A DNA stretch of 63,148 nucleotides, filler included, from Rhabdomonas costata (GCA_019059605.1; 28 parts of 28 records of this genome joined end to end with filler, not necessarily neighbours in it), one strand, 5' to 3'; shown: positions 50,537 to 63,148, counted from the first letter of the whole stretch. The notes: a model not told the origin generated them from the letters alone. Made by a program: numbers and translations.

Positions 50537-50733
50537 TGGGAGTGATGTGTAAGCTGATTCCCATCATCGGGAACATGTTGATGTGGGACAAGCACGCGAA
50601 CCACTTGGGACTCGTCTATCTGCTGCTGGCGCTCTTTGGGGGCTCGGTCTATGAGCAAGCTCCACTGAGGCAGCAGGAAGGTTCCCCGCGCGACACCTCC
50701 ACTGCTGACCCGCCGCAGGTTCTGCGCCAGTGA
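50537..50733 (+). CDS. GDP-sugar (nucleotide-sugar) transporter, GONST3/GFT1-like, last exon
   Basis: GVMCKLIPIIGNMLMWDKHANHLGLVYLLLALFGGSVYEQ, cf. GVVNK.LT..IN..IWDKH....G...L.....GGVLYQQ. Confidence 0.8.
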
Positions 50734-52064
50734 GTGGGTACAAGTTGTCAAGAACAGCGTGTTTTCGGAAATCCTTGAAAAGCAGACGCAAAGTGAACAT
50801 TGATAGCACTGATTTTGAGCAGTTGAGCGTCATCTCAAAAAGTCACAACCAAAAAAGTGCACTCGAATTCAGGCATTTTCTGAATAGAAGCTAAAAAGGG
50901 GGTGGTGAAAAAACTGGTTTTGACCTGGAGTTTTCGCCTCTTTCCGGCCTGCTCGTGTGTGTCTCCCCCCTCTTACTTTTTGAGATGACGCGGGCCATAT
51001 TTGTTGTCCATCCGACTGTTACCTTCAAAACGACATGCGGTGCACCGCACGAAAATCGGTGCTCACGCACAATTGCAAAACGTTTTGTTCTTCAGCCAGC
51101 CATATTTTTTTGTCCAAAACTGTTTGATTTTTGAGCATTTTGAAGCCCCCGGACCACTAGAGAAACCTTGGCTCTGAACATTCATTGCAGCAAAAAAGTC
51201 CAAGATTTTTCTCTCTTGGGGGCCGTAGCCGAAGTGCCTCGGGTCTTCATTTTTGACCGTAAAGACAAAAAGGCTGTGAAAAGGCCATCCTTGCACCCCC
51301 TGGCGGTGGCCCTTCAGGCGGCTCTTTTTATCTCTCGCTCTCTTGTGCCGCTTCTTCCCCTAGCAGCCTGCGGGTTTGGCGTGACACCCACAACATGCTA
51401 GAGAGGCGGCGAGGTGATGCGCAGAGGAAAAAGATAGTGTGTGTGTGTGTGTAAGTGTGAAGGTATGCGTGTGTGTGTGCGCGCGCGTGGGAGCGCAAAA
51501 AGTCCCAAAAAAATATATTGTGTGGCAGCCCTAACAGCATGGCCGACTTACTCTGTGCGCACGGCGGACTTCGCGGTAATGGGCACAATCCAGTGGTATT
51601 CAGCTGAAGTGGCATACGCTGGACTGACTTGAAAGGCGAAGACGCTCTCCACCGCGCTGCGCCGGCCATGTACAGCAACTGGCTAGATTGCGATGCACGT
51701 GGAAATGCAGTGTCGTCACTCCTCGCCCTCGCCGGAGGGGGCTGCAGTTGTGCAGTGGTGGGGTTTTTCTTGGTGCGGTTTGCCCCTGATCTGATGCGTA
51801 CGGCCACACTGTGGGGAAAACGCCTGAACAAAACATTTTACACGGCTTGCCCGCACAAACGGGNNNNNNNNNNNNNNNNNNNNNNNNNNNNNNNNNNNNN
51901 NNNNNNNTTAATTAATTAANNNNNNNNNNNNNNNNNNNNNNNNNNNNNNNNNNNNNNNNNNNNTGTTGGTTTTGTCCATTTCATTCCGTTTTTTGCTTAC
52001 AAGAACGCATTCTCTCCGACACTCATCTTGATTACGCATGACTGTTTGCTTGGTAGGCAGAGAC

Positions 52065-53419
52065 CTGAAGCTTCCTCATTGCTGCCGCGGGGGGCTCCGC
52101 ATTGATGTGCGAGTAGAGCTCCTGGAACACCGCCTCGACCTGGGCTGGGCTCAGGCCCTGCTCCAGGGAGGCCCCCTGGGTCTTCAGCACCTTCTTCAGG
52201 AATTTGCTCACCGGGGCGCCGACCTCCTCGTCCAGCAGGGCCACCGCGTCCACCCCCATCTCTTACGACTCTTATCCCCGCGAAACCGAAAACTCGGGGG
52301 ACTCTCGAAGTGAAGGAAACCAATTGCAGGGGATGGGAGGCAGGGTATTTGCCGCATTGGTACGGGTGAAAGTTCAACCACCACCACCACCACCATCACA
52401 GGAGATATGTTCTGCTCGTTGGCCAATGACCCGCACAAAGAACTTTTAAGTACGTTACACTGCAAAGACAGCCACTGCAAGAATTTACAAAAATGCAGCC
52501 AAGCGGAAAATCTGGACTCAAATGACGAACATGTGTATTGGGACCCATATTGGTACCCACATACATAGCAGAGAACTGGTGTGCGCACGCATAGGGGGTA
52601 ACATCATGCGCTTTGGTGGTCGCAGCTCATTTCTATATAAAATGCCCTAACAGCTCTTTAGGAATTCCTCCCTGAAAAGCCATGGAGTTCAAAGGCCTTG
52701 GCTCATTTCTTCGAATAACGGCAACCGGACGTCGCATAAATATAGCTAGGCGACAGCGGTCACGTGTGATGCAGAGGTTGCACAACACCTACCAAGGCGA
52801 CAGCCCCCTAACCCATCCACAAAGGCAGAGGACGTTGAAGAAGAAAGAAGACAACGACCAGGACGAAGGATGAGGAGGCAGAGTAAGTCCAGGAAAGAGA
52901 AGGCCTAGCCTTTCGTCACTCGGCGAGCGAAGCTTTACAATAAAAATAAAACAAAAAGACTCTCTGTGACGTTTGGCCTTTTTACAAGCGGCGGGGTATT
53001 GAAGGGTGGCGCTCGCCCGGGCACGCACCCACAAAGCAAAGCAGCACACACACCGCTACACAAATGTACACGGGCAGAAACAGAGAAATAGCAGCATCTA
53101 TGGGAAAAAGAGAAATGGTGGGCAGAAGGAGGCCTTACTTGGGTTATTGTGTTAGGGCCCATAGTCAAGCTTACTGATTGATTTTGTTGCCTTGCTGAGG
53201 GCCTTCCTGTTACTTCCTGTTACACTTCATAAGTACCAGAGCAATGGAACTTAGAGCACACTCACGACATGCAAGCCTGTGAGCTGAAGGATTCCAAAGA
53301 TGCCCACGCATTTTCAAGCGGTCGTAAATGCATCTACAACGCCCCCCCACCAACTCTTCTTGAAGCCGAACAAAGCGATGCGAAGCTCTGAGTAGCCGAT
53401 CGACGGCATTGTCAAAAAC
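52065..53419 (-). CDS. Hypothetical helical protein, exons 53419-53351 and ~52259-52065
   Basis: AG/GT-bounded segments VFDNAVDRLLRASHRFVRLQEEL and the GC3-rich MGVDAVALLDEEVGAPVSKFLKKVLK...RKLQ. Confidence 0.5.
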
Positions 53420-54445
53420 CTGAATACGCAAGCAGGGGCTTCCACGGCCCCTCATGCATAATTATCGTCAGCCGGAAAAGCCCTCCACGTTAGGGTCAAG
53501 GGAATACTGTATTCCATCCCGGTATGGGGATTAATCTCCGAAAAAGCCAACCGCGGGAAGCGTCAGGGCAGCTCACCGTTGGTTGGAGATACCCCGGCAG
53601 AGCAGTAGCACGCCAAGCACGAGAACCGCACCGGGCAGCAGCGCCGCAGCACGGAAGCCCACAAAAGGCTCGGCATTGCAGCAGTGGGAACTCCCGAACT
53701 CGGAAGGAGGGCAACAGAGCAAGTCCAAAAACCGGCGTATGGGGGCTGCCTTGAACATCCGGACAAATTTCTGATTACTAGATAGAGGTTTTTTGCAGTG
53801 GGGCCAACTGCAAAGTACGTAAACAAATATCTTCAATGCCAGAAGAAATTTCTCAAACCCGATTTCAATACATTATTAAAGTGGCACACCCTTACCGTAA
53901 CATTTCATACTCAGCCTGCCGTGCGGTTACCCCAGGGCTTCGTTTCCCGGTTCAGCACTGGATGAGCCACCACGGAGGCCGTCTCTTGCACCCTTCCGAT
54001 CGAGTCATCCCCAGGCCATCTCTCCCAACACAGGAAGTTCCGCCCAACCCGCGCCGCTGTTCTCGCCATTCCTCACCAGTACTGTCCTGAGGTGCGGTTT
54101 CTGGCTCCCCCCCCCAAACCCNNNNNNNNNNNNNNNNNNNNNNNNNNNNNNNNNNNNNNNNNNNNTTAATTAATTAANNNNNNNNNNNNNNNNNNNNNNN
54201 NNNNNNNNNNNNNNNNNNNNNTTTTTGGGGGTAAGAAGACGTCTATGCGTTGCTCATTGCCATCTGCACCTGTTTCGCACACCTTGTGGATCGACTGGGA
54301 TTTTCTCAAAATCACCTGGCTTCCGCACCCTGCCCCTTTGTGCTTTTGGTGACTGCATTTTTTTTGTGAAACAATTTCGACACAAGAATAAGTAAGCTGA
54401 AAAATGCCATATGGAGTCATGTGTTTTTTGAACTTGTTTCCATAG

Positions 54446-56088
54446 GAACTGGTGCTTTCGCCGGATGTTGCAAGTGTTCTGATCGCGTCCCTGCAGCACT
54501 TTACTGAAATGCTGCCTACAGTGGTTGGAGCGGAAAGAAAGCACCAACTTGTGCTTCTGCAAAATGCAGGCATGTACACTCAAATTATTGTAACGGGGCG
54601 AACCCTTACCAAGAAGCCTGCCTGCTGGGTCTGACTTCTTCATATCTTCACAAGAATCGAAGAGGTTGTAGAAATGGTAGGTATGATTTACAATAAGATT
54701 CTTCTTGGAATCGTTCGGACGAAAGAGTCCAAAGCCAAAATCTTGATTCCAGTTGGCTTGGGCTCTGAAAGCCGCTGATGTCTTGACTTGATCTCGTGAA
54801 TCAACTGCAAAGTTGTGCGCAATCCAAAGAAACTTTCGCTGAAACTTTCCATGAAATTTTCTTTAACTAACGGCTTCAGTTCAGCAAGGGCGACACCCCC
54901 GCCAGTAGTCCGTCTAGCCCGTTTTCGCTGGGGGAGCGGGGGGAGCGGTGTCACTCAAAATTTATTCCGCAAATTTGAGATTTTTTACTTTCATGAAATT
55001 TTTGATTTCATCACTACAGACTTGGGTGGGCCATGTTGAATTATTGTCCGGTAAAAAATTAGACGGAAAATGAAAGTGTCGTAAACCCTTTTTTCTCTTC
55101 ACTTTTTCCTGCCCTCTCATTTCCCCAGCCATTTTGGGGAACTGAGTGTTGCCGCACTCCAATGTCACCAGGTGATTTTTTTCTGATATAAATGCCCTTG
55201 CGGACGTTAATAACAATATCGAGGACCTGTCTGGTGCTTCTCTCGATAGCTAACCCTGTTAATCCTGGGAAAAAATGCCGAGTTCGGCAATTCACAGGCG
55301 TTGGTCAGTTTTTAGCGCACGCTTTTATCGTTTTATATTTGAAAGGGTTCTTGCCCGTTCATGCCATCTTGTGCCTTATGTCTTCTTCAGTTCTGAAGCT
55401 GCTGGGGCTGTTTTTTGTGACCAACCCTGCTGTCGCTCGCCGAGTGCTGCTGCGCCCGGAGCTCTTTCAGGGGGTCTGCCAGTCTCTGGCCACACTCGCT
55501 ACCACCGCGGTGCCAACGACAGCCCACCTGGTCGACGGCAGCGTGGTCTCCGCGGATATCTTCCGTCAGGCACGACCAGCCTCTCCGGACAGCTCCCCTT
55601 TTGAAACCAAAAGCAGGCAACAAGGAACAAAAAAGCCGCGCGGTGGTGATGAAGGGCAGAAAATTCGTGCGGCGCGCGAAAAGTCTGTGTCTCCGCTTGC
55701 AATAATCAGAACAAACTAGGAATATTGGCAGAAAAGAACGGAGATCACACAGAGCCTCGGAGATTGAAAGAAAGTCGCGCAAAGGGGACCGCAGGGAACA
55801 AGGGGCGAAGTCGACAGAAGGCGAAGTCCCAGTGTTCTAGGTATGACTCTTCGTAAGAAGCAGCAGTGATAGTGAGTGAGACAGTGAGCACACTGATTAA
55901 ATCAAAATGCTTTAGTCATCCGCGAAAAGTGAACTTATAAGATTTTCGCTCCCCCCACCCCTTCATACCCGCACGCTCCTGCTCCACTCAGCATCAGCAA
56001 AAGATGTAGGTTGGTCCTGGTGGTTATTCATCCACGTGTGACTCGGCCACAGGAGCGGGCTGTGGGGCAATTCCTGGAACTGCTGGTG
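54446..56088 (+). CDS. Hypothetical ARM/HEAT-like protein, exons from 54446, 55391-55569 and from 56053
   Basis: Leu-rich helical exons with AG acceptors. The middle exon appears to end at a GC donor. Confidence 0.45.
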
Positions 56089-57186
56089 GTGGTGCTGCCC
56101 CCTCTGCCCACGACTCACGCTCTGTCTCAGCCCGAGATGCTTGTGCCCTTCCATACATGGAAATGGGAAGGTGCGCTATTTGGGTTTCTCCGCCTCCTTT
56201 CCTTCTCACATAATTTTTGGTCCCAAGCCCGGTTGTTGCCGTTTGTATGAAACAACGACGTTTGCAACATCTTTGGCGATGTGTCCGACGAATGGAAGTG
56301 TTCAAACTGCAATCTTCACCTTTGGGCGATGGCCGAAATCTCTTTTCCGCCGCAAACGTCGTTGTTTCCCACAAACANNNNNNNNNNNNNNNNNNNNNNN
56401 NNNNNNNNNNNNNNNNNNNNNTTAATTAATTAANNNNNNNNNNNNNNNNNNNNNNNNNNNNNNNNNNNNNNNNNNNNGTGGGGGTGAGGGGCGCAGTATA
56501 GAAAAGGCGGTCACGCCAAAACCGTACTAAAATGGATTGCTCCCCTGCGTCTTGCGTGAGAGAGAAATTGCGCATACACGTGTGAGTAAGACACTGCCTT
56601 CTGAAAACTCAACGATAATCAGTAGGAATCAAAACGAAAGGGGAAAATGCGAATTGGCCCTGCCCACAGGCAAACCTGGGATGCCTGCACCACAGTTGCT
56701 TGGATGGTTTTGAAGAGCTGCGCGGAGGATGGCACGAGAGGGAGCCCTGCGCCAAGCCTGGAAGCCCAAACATCCACAATCACACCTTAGCACAAGGCAC
56801 ACAATGTATCAGCAGCTTTTTCTCTGTGAGTCGTTCAAACCTCTCGAAAGCAGCTCATGCATGCAACGAAACAGACACACCTGTCGCTATGCCAAAGAAG
56901 AAAGAATGCACCGAAAAGTTTTCACGATCACATGAGATGGGATGAGTTTCGATGAAGTTAGACGTCACAATCCGCAGCAACGTGAAGTGAAGTGAATTGA
57001 ATGATGTGATGCCATCCATTACGATGCCCCCTGAAGCGGGCTGATGAAAAAAGGAATAAAACAAGACGGGAAAGGTGCAATGGGGGACGCAACTTGAAGA
57101 AATGACCTTGAATACAACCGGACCGTGATAATGCGCGGCTAGCCCAGGCCAGGTGGCAAACGGTGATGGGGGCGGGGTGATACAGG

Positions 57187-58342
57187 CTCCAGACCAGGCT
57201 GCGTACCAATCAGAGAGAGACTTGGGGGTCGGCTGTCCAAAGGTGGCCTTCTGGGCCTCCGAAAGAGACGCCAGGACAACGGCAGGGGTCAAGACCCCTT
57301 CCTGAAGGATCTCCTGGCAAAGCGCGCTCATCCGGCCGATTTTCTCTGCAGTACCCACCCCAAAGGACAAGACAATAGGCGAGCGTGTGTGAGGGAGGGG
57401 GGGGAGCTGAAAACGTGCATGAGTTTCGGCGAGCTAAGGTGTGGTTTTCTCCATTCTCCATTGCATACCGCTTTTTTTCGAAGATAGTACTTTCATAGGG
57501 GACAGCGCCAACGTTGAAGGTAACCTGGCGCCTCCTGCACATGACAGGTGCCTTCACTCTTTCATTCGCTCCTTACGCTTCTCGAGGGTTCTCGGCAACA
57601 TTTGAAGCAAATCACAAATCACACACTGGAACGAGTCTTGGGCCGGATTCCGCACCACACCGTATTCTCAGTTCTCAGATCTTTGCATTATGCTGGCAGT
57701 TCGCTTCACTGTGCAGAGTGCGAGACAGTATGCGCGCAGAAGAAGAGCAAGGAGGGAAGGTATACCTTTCAGCTGGGCCCGAATGCGCCGCTCGTACATC
57801 CGGGTCCTGGTTTCCTGCGGTTAAGCAGGCAAAGCAAAGAACCATTCCCCCCCACCCCACTCTCAGAATGACGACATTGACAAAAAAACGACACTAAACA
57901 TCACACTGAATATCATCACCTTTATTTCCAAAGCTCCCCAGAGCCCAAAGTCAAAGAAGTAACAAACCAAAGAACGAAATATAAAAGAAGGTCACAAAGC
58001 AAACGTACCCAAAACAGCAGTCGCTCGAGGAAAAACAGAGTAAACGACGCGAAGTAGACGGAAGCACCTTCATGATTAAGGCCTTCAGGTTGTACTGGTC
58101 AAGCTCCTCTGTCTTTGAGCGGCCACCCACTCGAACAATCCCCTGTGGGGTAAGGGAGTAAAATAGAAGAAGGGAATGCGAAAAAAATGCAGAAGCGACT
58201 GCACTGGTGTGTGTATGTGGGGGGGGGGGAGAGGCAGAACCTTCAGCCTGCATGGTCGGCCCATCTGCTGGTCCCGCTCCGCGATCCACTTGAGGCAGTC
58301 CAGTAGGAACTCATCCAGAGCGTGGTTCTTGTACGTGATGAC
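57187..58342 (-). CDS. ZNFX1-like SF1 (Upf1-type) RNA helicase, partial (exons 58342-58241, 58142-58068 and two downstream exons)
   Basis: VITYKNHALDEFLLDCL...|GIVRVGGRSKTEELDQYNL, cf. ZNFX1 VCYTNHALDQFLE...IVRVGGRS..E.L....L. Confidence 0.8.
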
Positions 58343-59004
58343 CTGTCCCCCGCATAAAGGCACATTGTACTGAAAACAGAGCAAACCTTGAAAAAATCAG
58401 GGATGGCGTTGTGCAGATGCTGGAGGTGTTTCATTTTCTCGAAAGCAGAAACACAAAAACCATTTGACGCAGAACGTATTTGGGGCATGGATGGGCCCTG
58501 GGACACTAACCACGCATGCTCTGCGAAACACTCCTTCCGGGTTGCAGGTGCGTGAAGGACAAACAACCCCCAGCTGACCCTAGTTCAAGTATCTGCCAAA
58601 CCTCTGAAAAACAACACCACACACACCCACCACANNNNNNNNNNNNNNNNNNNNNNNNNNNNNNNNNNNNNNNNNNNNTTAATTAATTAANNNNNNNNNN
58701 NNNNNNNNNNNNNNNNNNNNNNNNNNNNNNNNNNTTTTTGTGTTCTTACTGAAAAAGTGTGTCTGGGGTTCTCGGAGTTGGTAGAGGGATACCGATCCTT
58801 CAACAAAGAGAAGATCCTTCAACAAAAAGAGGTGGGCGATTGCCAGAAGGAGAACAAGGGGATGCCTTTCAATGAGGGCACGTACCACGAATAAGCTTTT
58901 AGACGGGAAGAAACTCACACGGCACAGGCACAGGAGTTGTGCAACGCTTGGGGTTCTGCCGTAAGCAGACAAATTAAAAAAAAGAAACGAAATTTAAGTG
59001 TAGT

Positions 59005-60879
59005 GGAAAAAACGGCACGCAGATACACAGAGTGGTTGGGTTGGTAAAGTTCTCATAGAAGGAAAGTGAAGAGCACTTCACTTTCAATTTCAAAGCACGT
59101 CGAGCAGTCTGAGGTGTGAGGGATTGAGGAGAAACGGATAAAAATGGAAGAAGGTGAGAAGAGAACGAGAGGAGGAAGCCGCAGTAAGTGCGGAAGTAGA
59201 GAGCAGTGAAAGCCATCGTCACAATCGCTAACACTAACCAATTACTGTCGGATAAAGACTTCGTGACAGGCTCATCTTTTGCAGCGGTCCGTCCAAATCC
59301 CTGCATCAGTTTGACCAACAAAGCACAACTACACATATAGGGAAACTGGCACGGGTTACCTATCCCCCTTACAGAAAACACGACGTTTCGACGGTTCTGT
59401 GATCAATTCCGACAAATTGAGGGAAGAAGGTTGTGACGGGGGAGCAGAACCCGGGCGGTGGCATTGTAGGTCTCCGTGGTCATTGTGCTTTCACCGAAGC
59501 GGTTCTGCCAGTCGACGTTCTTCCACAACGCCCTGCCTCGGCAGGCCGTGGTGTCTGTCCCATAGGCACTGCGGCAACCCGCGGGGGGCAGTGCAGTGGC
59601 GGGGAAGGAGCCGATCCGGAACCCCGTCCTCGCGCTGCACAGGTCCCACTGCAGGGCCCCACTGCTGGCGTTGGTGTCGATTCCAAGCATCTGCCCATCG
59701 GAGGTGCCGTAGTACAGGGTAGCGGGCCCGCGGCCCGCCAGCGCGGTCATCGTGAGGACCATCACCTCGCGCACGTCCTCTGGAGTGGGGTTCGCTGGTT
59801 ATCGAAAAGTGAAAAAGGAAAGGAAAAAATGGTGGAAATGGTGGTGCTTTGGGGGTGGAGGCTACTTATCAAAACATTGAAACCTTACAACTATGGCCCA
59901 TCGTAACACTGGGCTCCGCCTTGGGGTGCCGGTGTCTGTGTCGGTTGGTATCCCGGGAAAGAGGATCATTGAACATCATGCCTGGGCTGAGCTCCGAATC
60001 GGCGATGTACTCCGCCAGCAACCGAGTTGCCGCGGTCATGGTGTTCAGGTAAGCCACCACCTCGTTCTCCACCACCGTGCAGGCCAGGCTACGGTAGCTG
60101 TGACTAACCAGCCGCATCGCATCCTCGGCGTTGGACCGCGTCAGCACGAACACCACAATCCCCACCGCAACCAAAGAGGTCACCGCGAGTAGCACGGAGA
60201 TCACACGAATGGGGATCCTCGGGCAGCGAACGGGAGCGGCCTCGTGAGGCAGCGCCTGGCGAGAGGGGTGCGGGGTGGGCGAAGACCGCTGTTCAGCTCG
60301 CCCCGAGGGAGGGGCAGACCCCTCCATAGCAAAATAGCAAAACTAAAAACCGGACACCGCGCGAGAAAAAACAACAAGAAACAACAAGGGATGAGGGAGG
60401 GCACCAAAAGCAACAAGAAAAGGGCACAAAAACCTGCAGATGGAAAGCAGACCCCTCCTTTCCCCTCCAGGTCACCAGAACCTTGATATATTCTCTCACT
60501 CGTCCTCTAACGCGCTCAGATCACAGGCTTTTCTTTCAGCGCACAAGCTCTTTCTTCACTACGTCCCACTTTCCACTAATTTGTGCATTTTTCATCCAGG
60601 GTTAATTCTTCCTTGTGAATAGTGCCTGTAGTGCCGCTATTTCCCTTCCACTTGCATGTCTTCGCAGTCCTCCTCCGCAGCGCATTTGTTCCATTTCCTC
60701 CTCTCGTTCTCTTCTCACCTTCTTCCATTTTTATCCGTTTCTCCCCAACCCCTCACACCTCAGACTGCTCGACGTGCTTTGAAATTGAAAGCGAAGTGCT
60801 CTTCACTTTCCTTCTATGAGAACTTTACCAACCCAACCACTCTGTGTATCACGCTGTGTATCTGCGTGCCGTTTTTTCC
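59005..60879. repeat. ~173-bp inverted repeat pair (59005-59177 / 60695-60879)
   Basis: Reverse-complement match with a few substitutions and a 12-nt duplication in the right copy. Confidence 0.9.
59450..60327 (-). CDS. Membrane receptor with extracellular Cache-like domain (receptor nucleotidyl-cyclase-type N-terminus)
   Basis: RIPIR followed by a TM helix and a long amphipathic helix; second exon TLYYGTSDGQMLG...YNATAR (cf. YxG..DG.F.G...YD...R.WY). The catalytic domain is not in the window. Confidence 0.55.
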
Positions 60880-62124
60880 CCCACACACCCCNNNNNNNNN
60901 NNNNNNNNNNNNNNNNNNNNNNNNNNNNNNNNNNNTTAATTAATTAANNNNNNNNNNNNNNNNNNNNNNNNNNNNNNNNNNNNNNNNNNNNTTGTTTCCA
61001 CTGGTTCTTTCCTTGTTTCGGATTTCTACTGCAACTGCCTTCTTGGATTTCAGGGGCGCAGCGACACACCGTCTTTGCAATCGGGGCGCCCTGGAACGCA
61101 AAAAGAAAATGCGAAAATTGCAAAGGTTGTGCCAAAAACAGTTTCACGAACCTCGCGCGATGGAGAGAATTGAATTGCTCTGTGACTTTGCTTGGTAGGC
61201 GTGACGTGATGAAAAGAGTTTAAAGCGCAAATGTGCAAAAATATATTCGGGTACTGGGTTTACAGAACTTTCACCAGGTAACGTCAGTCTTGGCCACATC
61301 AATCCTGTGATCAACGGCATTAATGATCAACTTACGAAATATATACACGGAGGAATGAGGCGCGGTCCTTTTCACGCATAACTTGTGAGTGGGCAGCGCC
61401 AAGCCCACCGTCGAATGGCAGGCCTATATAATGACAACGTTATACAAGAATTGCCAGCTCAAATTGTTTGAGGTCCTGACACACACAGTGACCCCATGAT
61501 GGCGAAAGTAAGTGGGAAAGAAATACATAATATCACATGGAGCTTGTCGAGTGACCAGGACAAATTCACTCACTCACGCACCACAGCCCCACTTTGGAGC
61601 CACATCACTGGTTCTCACTTGCAAAAGCAAGCTCCGCGTTACTGCCGGACTGTCGTTTTCAACCTCTCCACGTGATCACCAGCAGCAAACGACATCATCG
61701 CCCGCTTTAGAGGAGAAAGCTGGTTTACCACGGACAACACCTATCATCGGCCCACGCCAAAAACAATGAAAACAGCATGACAGTCCTAACCGCATTCGGA
61801 ACAAGAAACCACTCGACCAAATGCCCCAGACTGTGCCCCAACCATCATACTATCCAAGAAAAGGATGCCCTTCTGAGTTTGTTGAAACCTCGTGAAGGTG
61901 TCGAGCTGACGCCAGACAAACAGTTCAAACGGGGTGCCACAGGGCAGCACTTATGGACCTGCTATATCGCAAGAGGCTGGTGAGGTTTCGTCGCTGAGGG
62001 TACACAGTGATGGAGTGAGGGATGTCTTGCAGCAGCAGATGAAAACTGAGAATCCAACCTTGGAACTCGTAAACTAGCTCGCTCTCTCGTCCTTGAAAGC
62101 CATCGGGAGGAAAAGAGAACACAC

Positions 62125-63026
62125 CCCGCTGCGAAGGGTGCTGAGCACAGGATTGGTGATCTGGTAACCCAGCTTCGTGAGCTCCATGCCCGCCACCATT
62201 TGCACGGTGTGTGCCTTCATCTTGGAGCTGTACTGAGAAAGAATCTTCTCGCTACCGATATCTGCGCCAAGCTGAGAGGTGCAGGCAAGATGGTCAAACA
62301 CACATATCAGCTATTCACAAACTGGGGGGGGGGGGTTGCTGGTGTGAACCGAATTCCTTTCGGTCAGGTCGAGAAAGACCCAAAACATCTGAAAGGGGCC
62401 CAAAAAGAACCCTTGAAGGCCTCCAGGGCACCTACGAGCGGTGACGGGACCAGCACGAAGTACATTAGGAATGCAGGTCTGCACAGGTCTGCTATTATGC
62501 CTGCAAAAGGAACTCTTGTAGCTATTTACGGGCGAAAAGGCTTTAGAAAGACCACCACTTCCGGAGCCCCTGACGACTGGGGATCATGTAGGAAGAATCT
62601 TCGCAGTTCACAGACCTCAACCGTTGAAGTGATGACTACTTTTTCAAATCAGAAAGCATAAACTCTTTTTCCTGCGGGCCACCTTCAAGGCAATGAGATG
62701 AACCTGCATCGAGAATAATTCTCGATACTGCCGTGAGTCAGGAGGTTTTTCCCGTTTCTGCCATGAGACAGAAGGCCTTTTCTTTCTGTTGCGTATCTTT
62801 CGCGTGGGCTTTACACGCGCAGTTCGGTTTTAAATAAAGGAGAACGAAAACGACCCACCCAATTGTGTTCTCCTGAGCAGCACACAAAAGTCGGAGGTAC
62901 ACGCACCTCCAGGGCATCGTGCAGGACATTGGCGAGCACAATGGCGTCGTAAAGCCCGAGGTTCAGGCCCTGGCCTGCCATAGGGTGGATGGCATGCGCG
63001 GCGTCCCCCAGAAGGGCACATCGGTC
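62125..63026 (-). CDS. COQ6: Ubiquinone biosynthesis FAD monooxygenase, exons 63026-62907 and 62271-62125
   Basis: [31 protein letters not shown]...|[14 protein letters not shown]. Confidence 0.88.
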
Positions 63027-63148
63027 CTGAGGCAAAAAGAAAAGAAAGAAGCAAAAAAAGAAAAAAAAAACAAAAACAAAAAAAGAAAAAACAAAAAGAA
63101 ACAAAAAAAACAAAACAAAAACAAAAAAAAACCAAAAAGCGAAAAAAA

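Noticed and set aside
2161-60991. Regularly spaced TTAATTAATTAA motif every ~2.26 kb, superficially array- or CRISPR-like
   Set aside because: It is a synthetic linker inside N runs; the even spacing reflects contigs of nearly equal length.
1-63148. Gene neighbourhood or operon-like system across the window
   Set aside because: The contigs are unrelated, so adjacency is artificial.
1-63148. Most contigs start G/T-rich and end C/A-rich
   Set aside because: Best explained by strand-specific sequencing dropout at G-rich tracts breaking the assembly, not by a biological terminal motif.
1-63148. tRNA, rRNA, spliced-leader RNA and snoRNA genes
   Set aside because: None recognised by eye; tRNAscan-SE or Infernal would be needed to exclude them.
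63030-63148. A-rich tail giving poly-Phe ORFs
   Set aside because: Low-complexity intronic pyrimidine tract upstream of the COQ6 exon on the minus strand.

Overview
This window is not one locus. It is 28 unrelated ~2.15-kb contigs joined by 27 artificial 100-nt spacers (N44-TTAATTAATTAA-N44), so adjacency across spacers means nothing. The DNA is eukaryotic, about 50% GC, with GC3-rich exons and mostly GT-AG introns, so the supplied ORF track fragments or misses most real genes. A flagellar gene (CFAP44), a GP63/leishmanolysin-like relic, TTAGGG repeats and one candidate non-conventional intron suggest a euglenozoan, probably a euglenid; this is inference only. Exons reassembled by eye give partial genes for a CCR4/Angel-type EEP protein, a DUF2961/GH172 glycosidase, acetyl-CoA carboxylase, a PPR-like protein, NDOR1, a PHO84-type transporter, a BIR-domain protein, an IPT/TIG surface protein, PRP43/DHX15, CFAP44, a CBS-domain protein, FAD synthase, a PPIL2-like cyclophilin, myosin, a GDP-sugar transporter, a ZNFX1-like helicase, a Cache-domain receptor and COQ6. 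The most notable items are: a complete 259-bp Merlin-like MITE (25-bp TIRs, 8-bp TSD) carrying telomeric repeats; two contigs that are single units of tandem surface-protein gene arrays (or circles), each with a reading frame that continues across its terminal repeat; two apparent pseudo-enzymes; and a candidate non-GT-AG intron. All family calls are motif recognition from memory, not database results.
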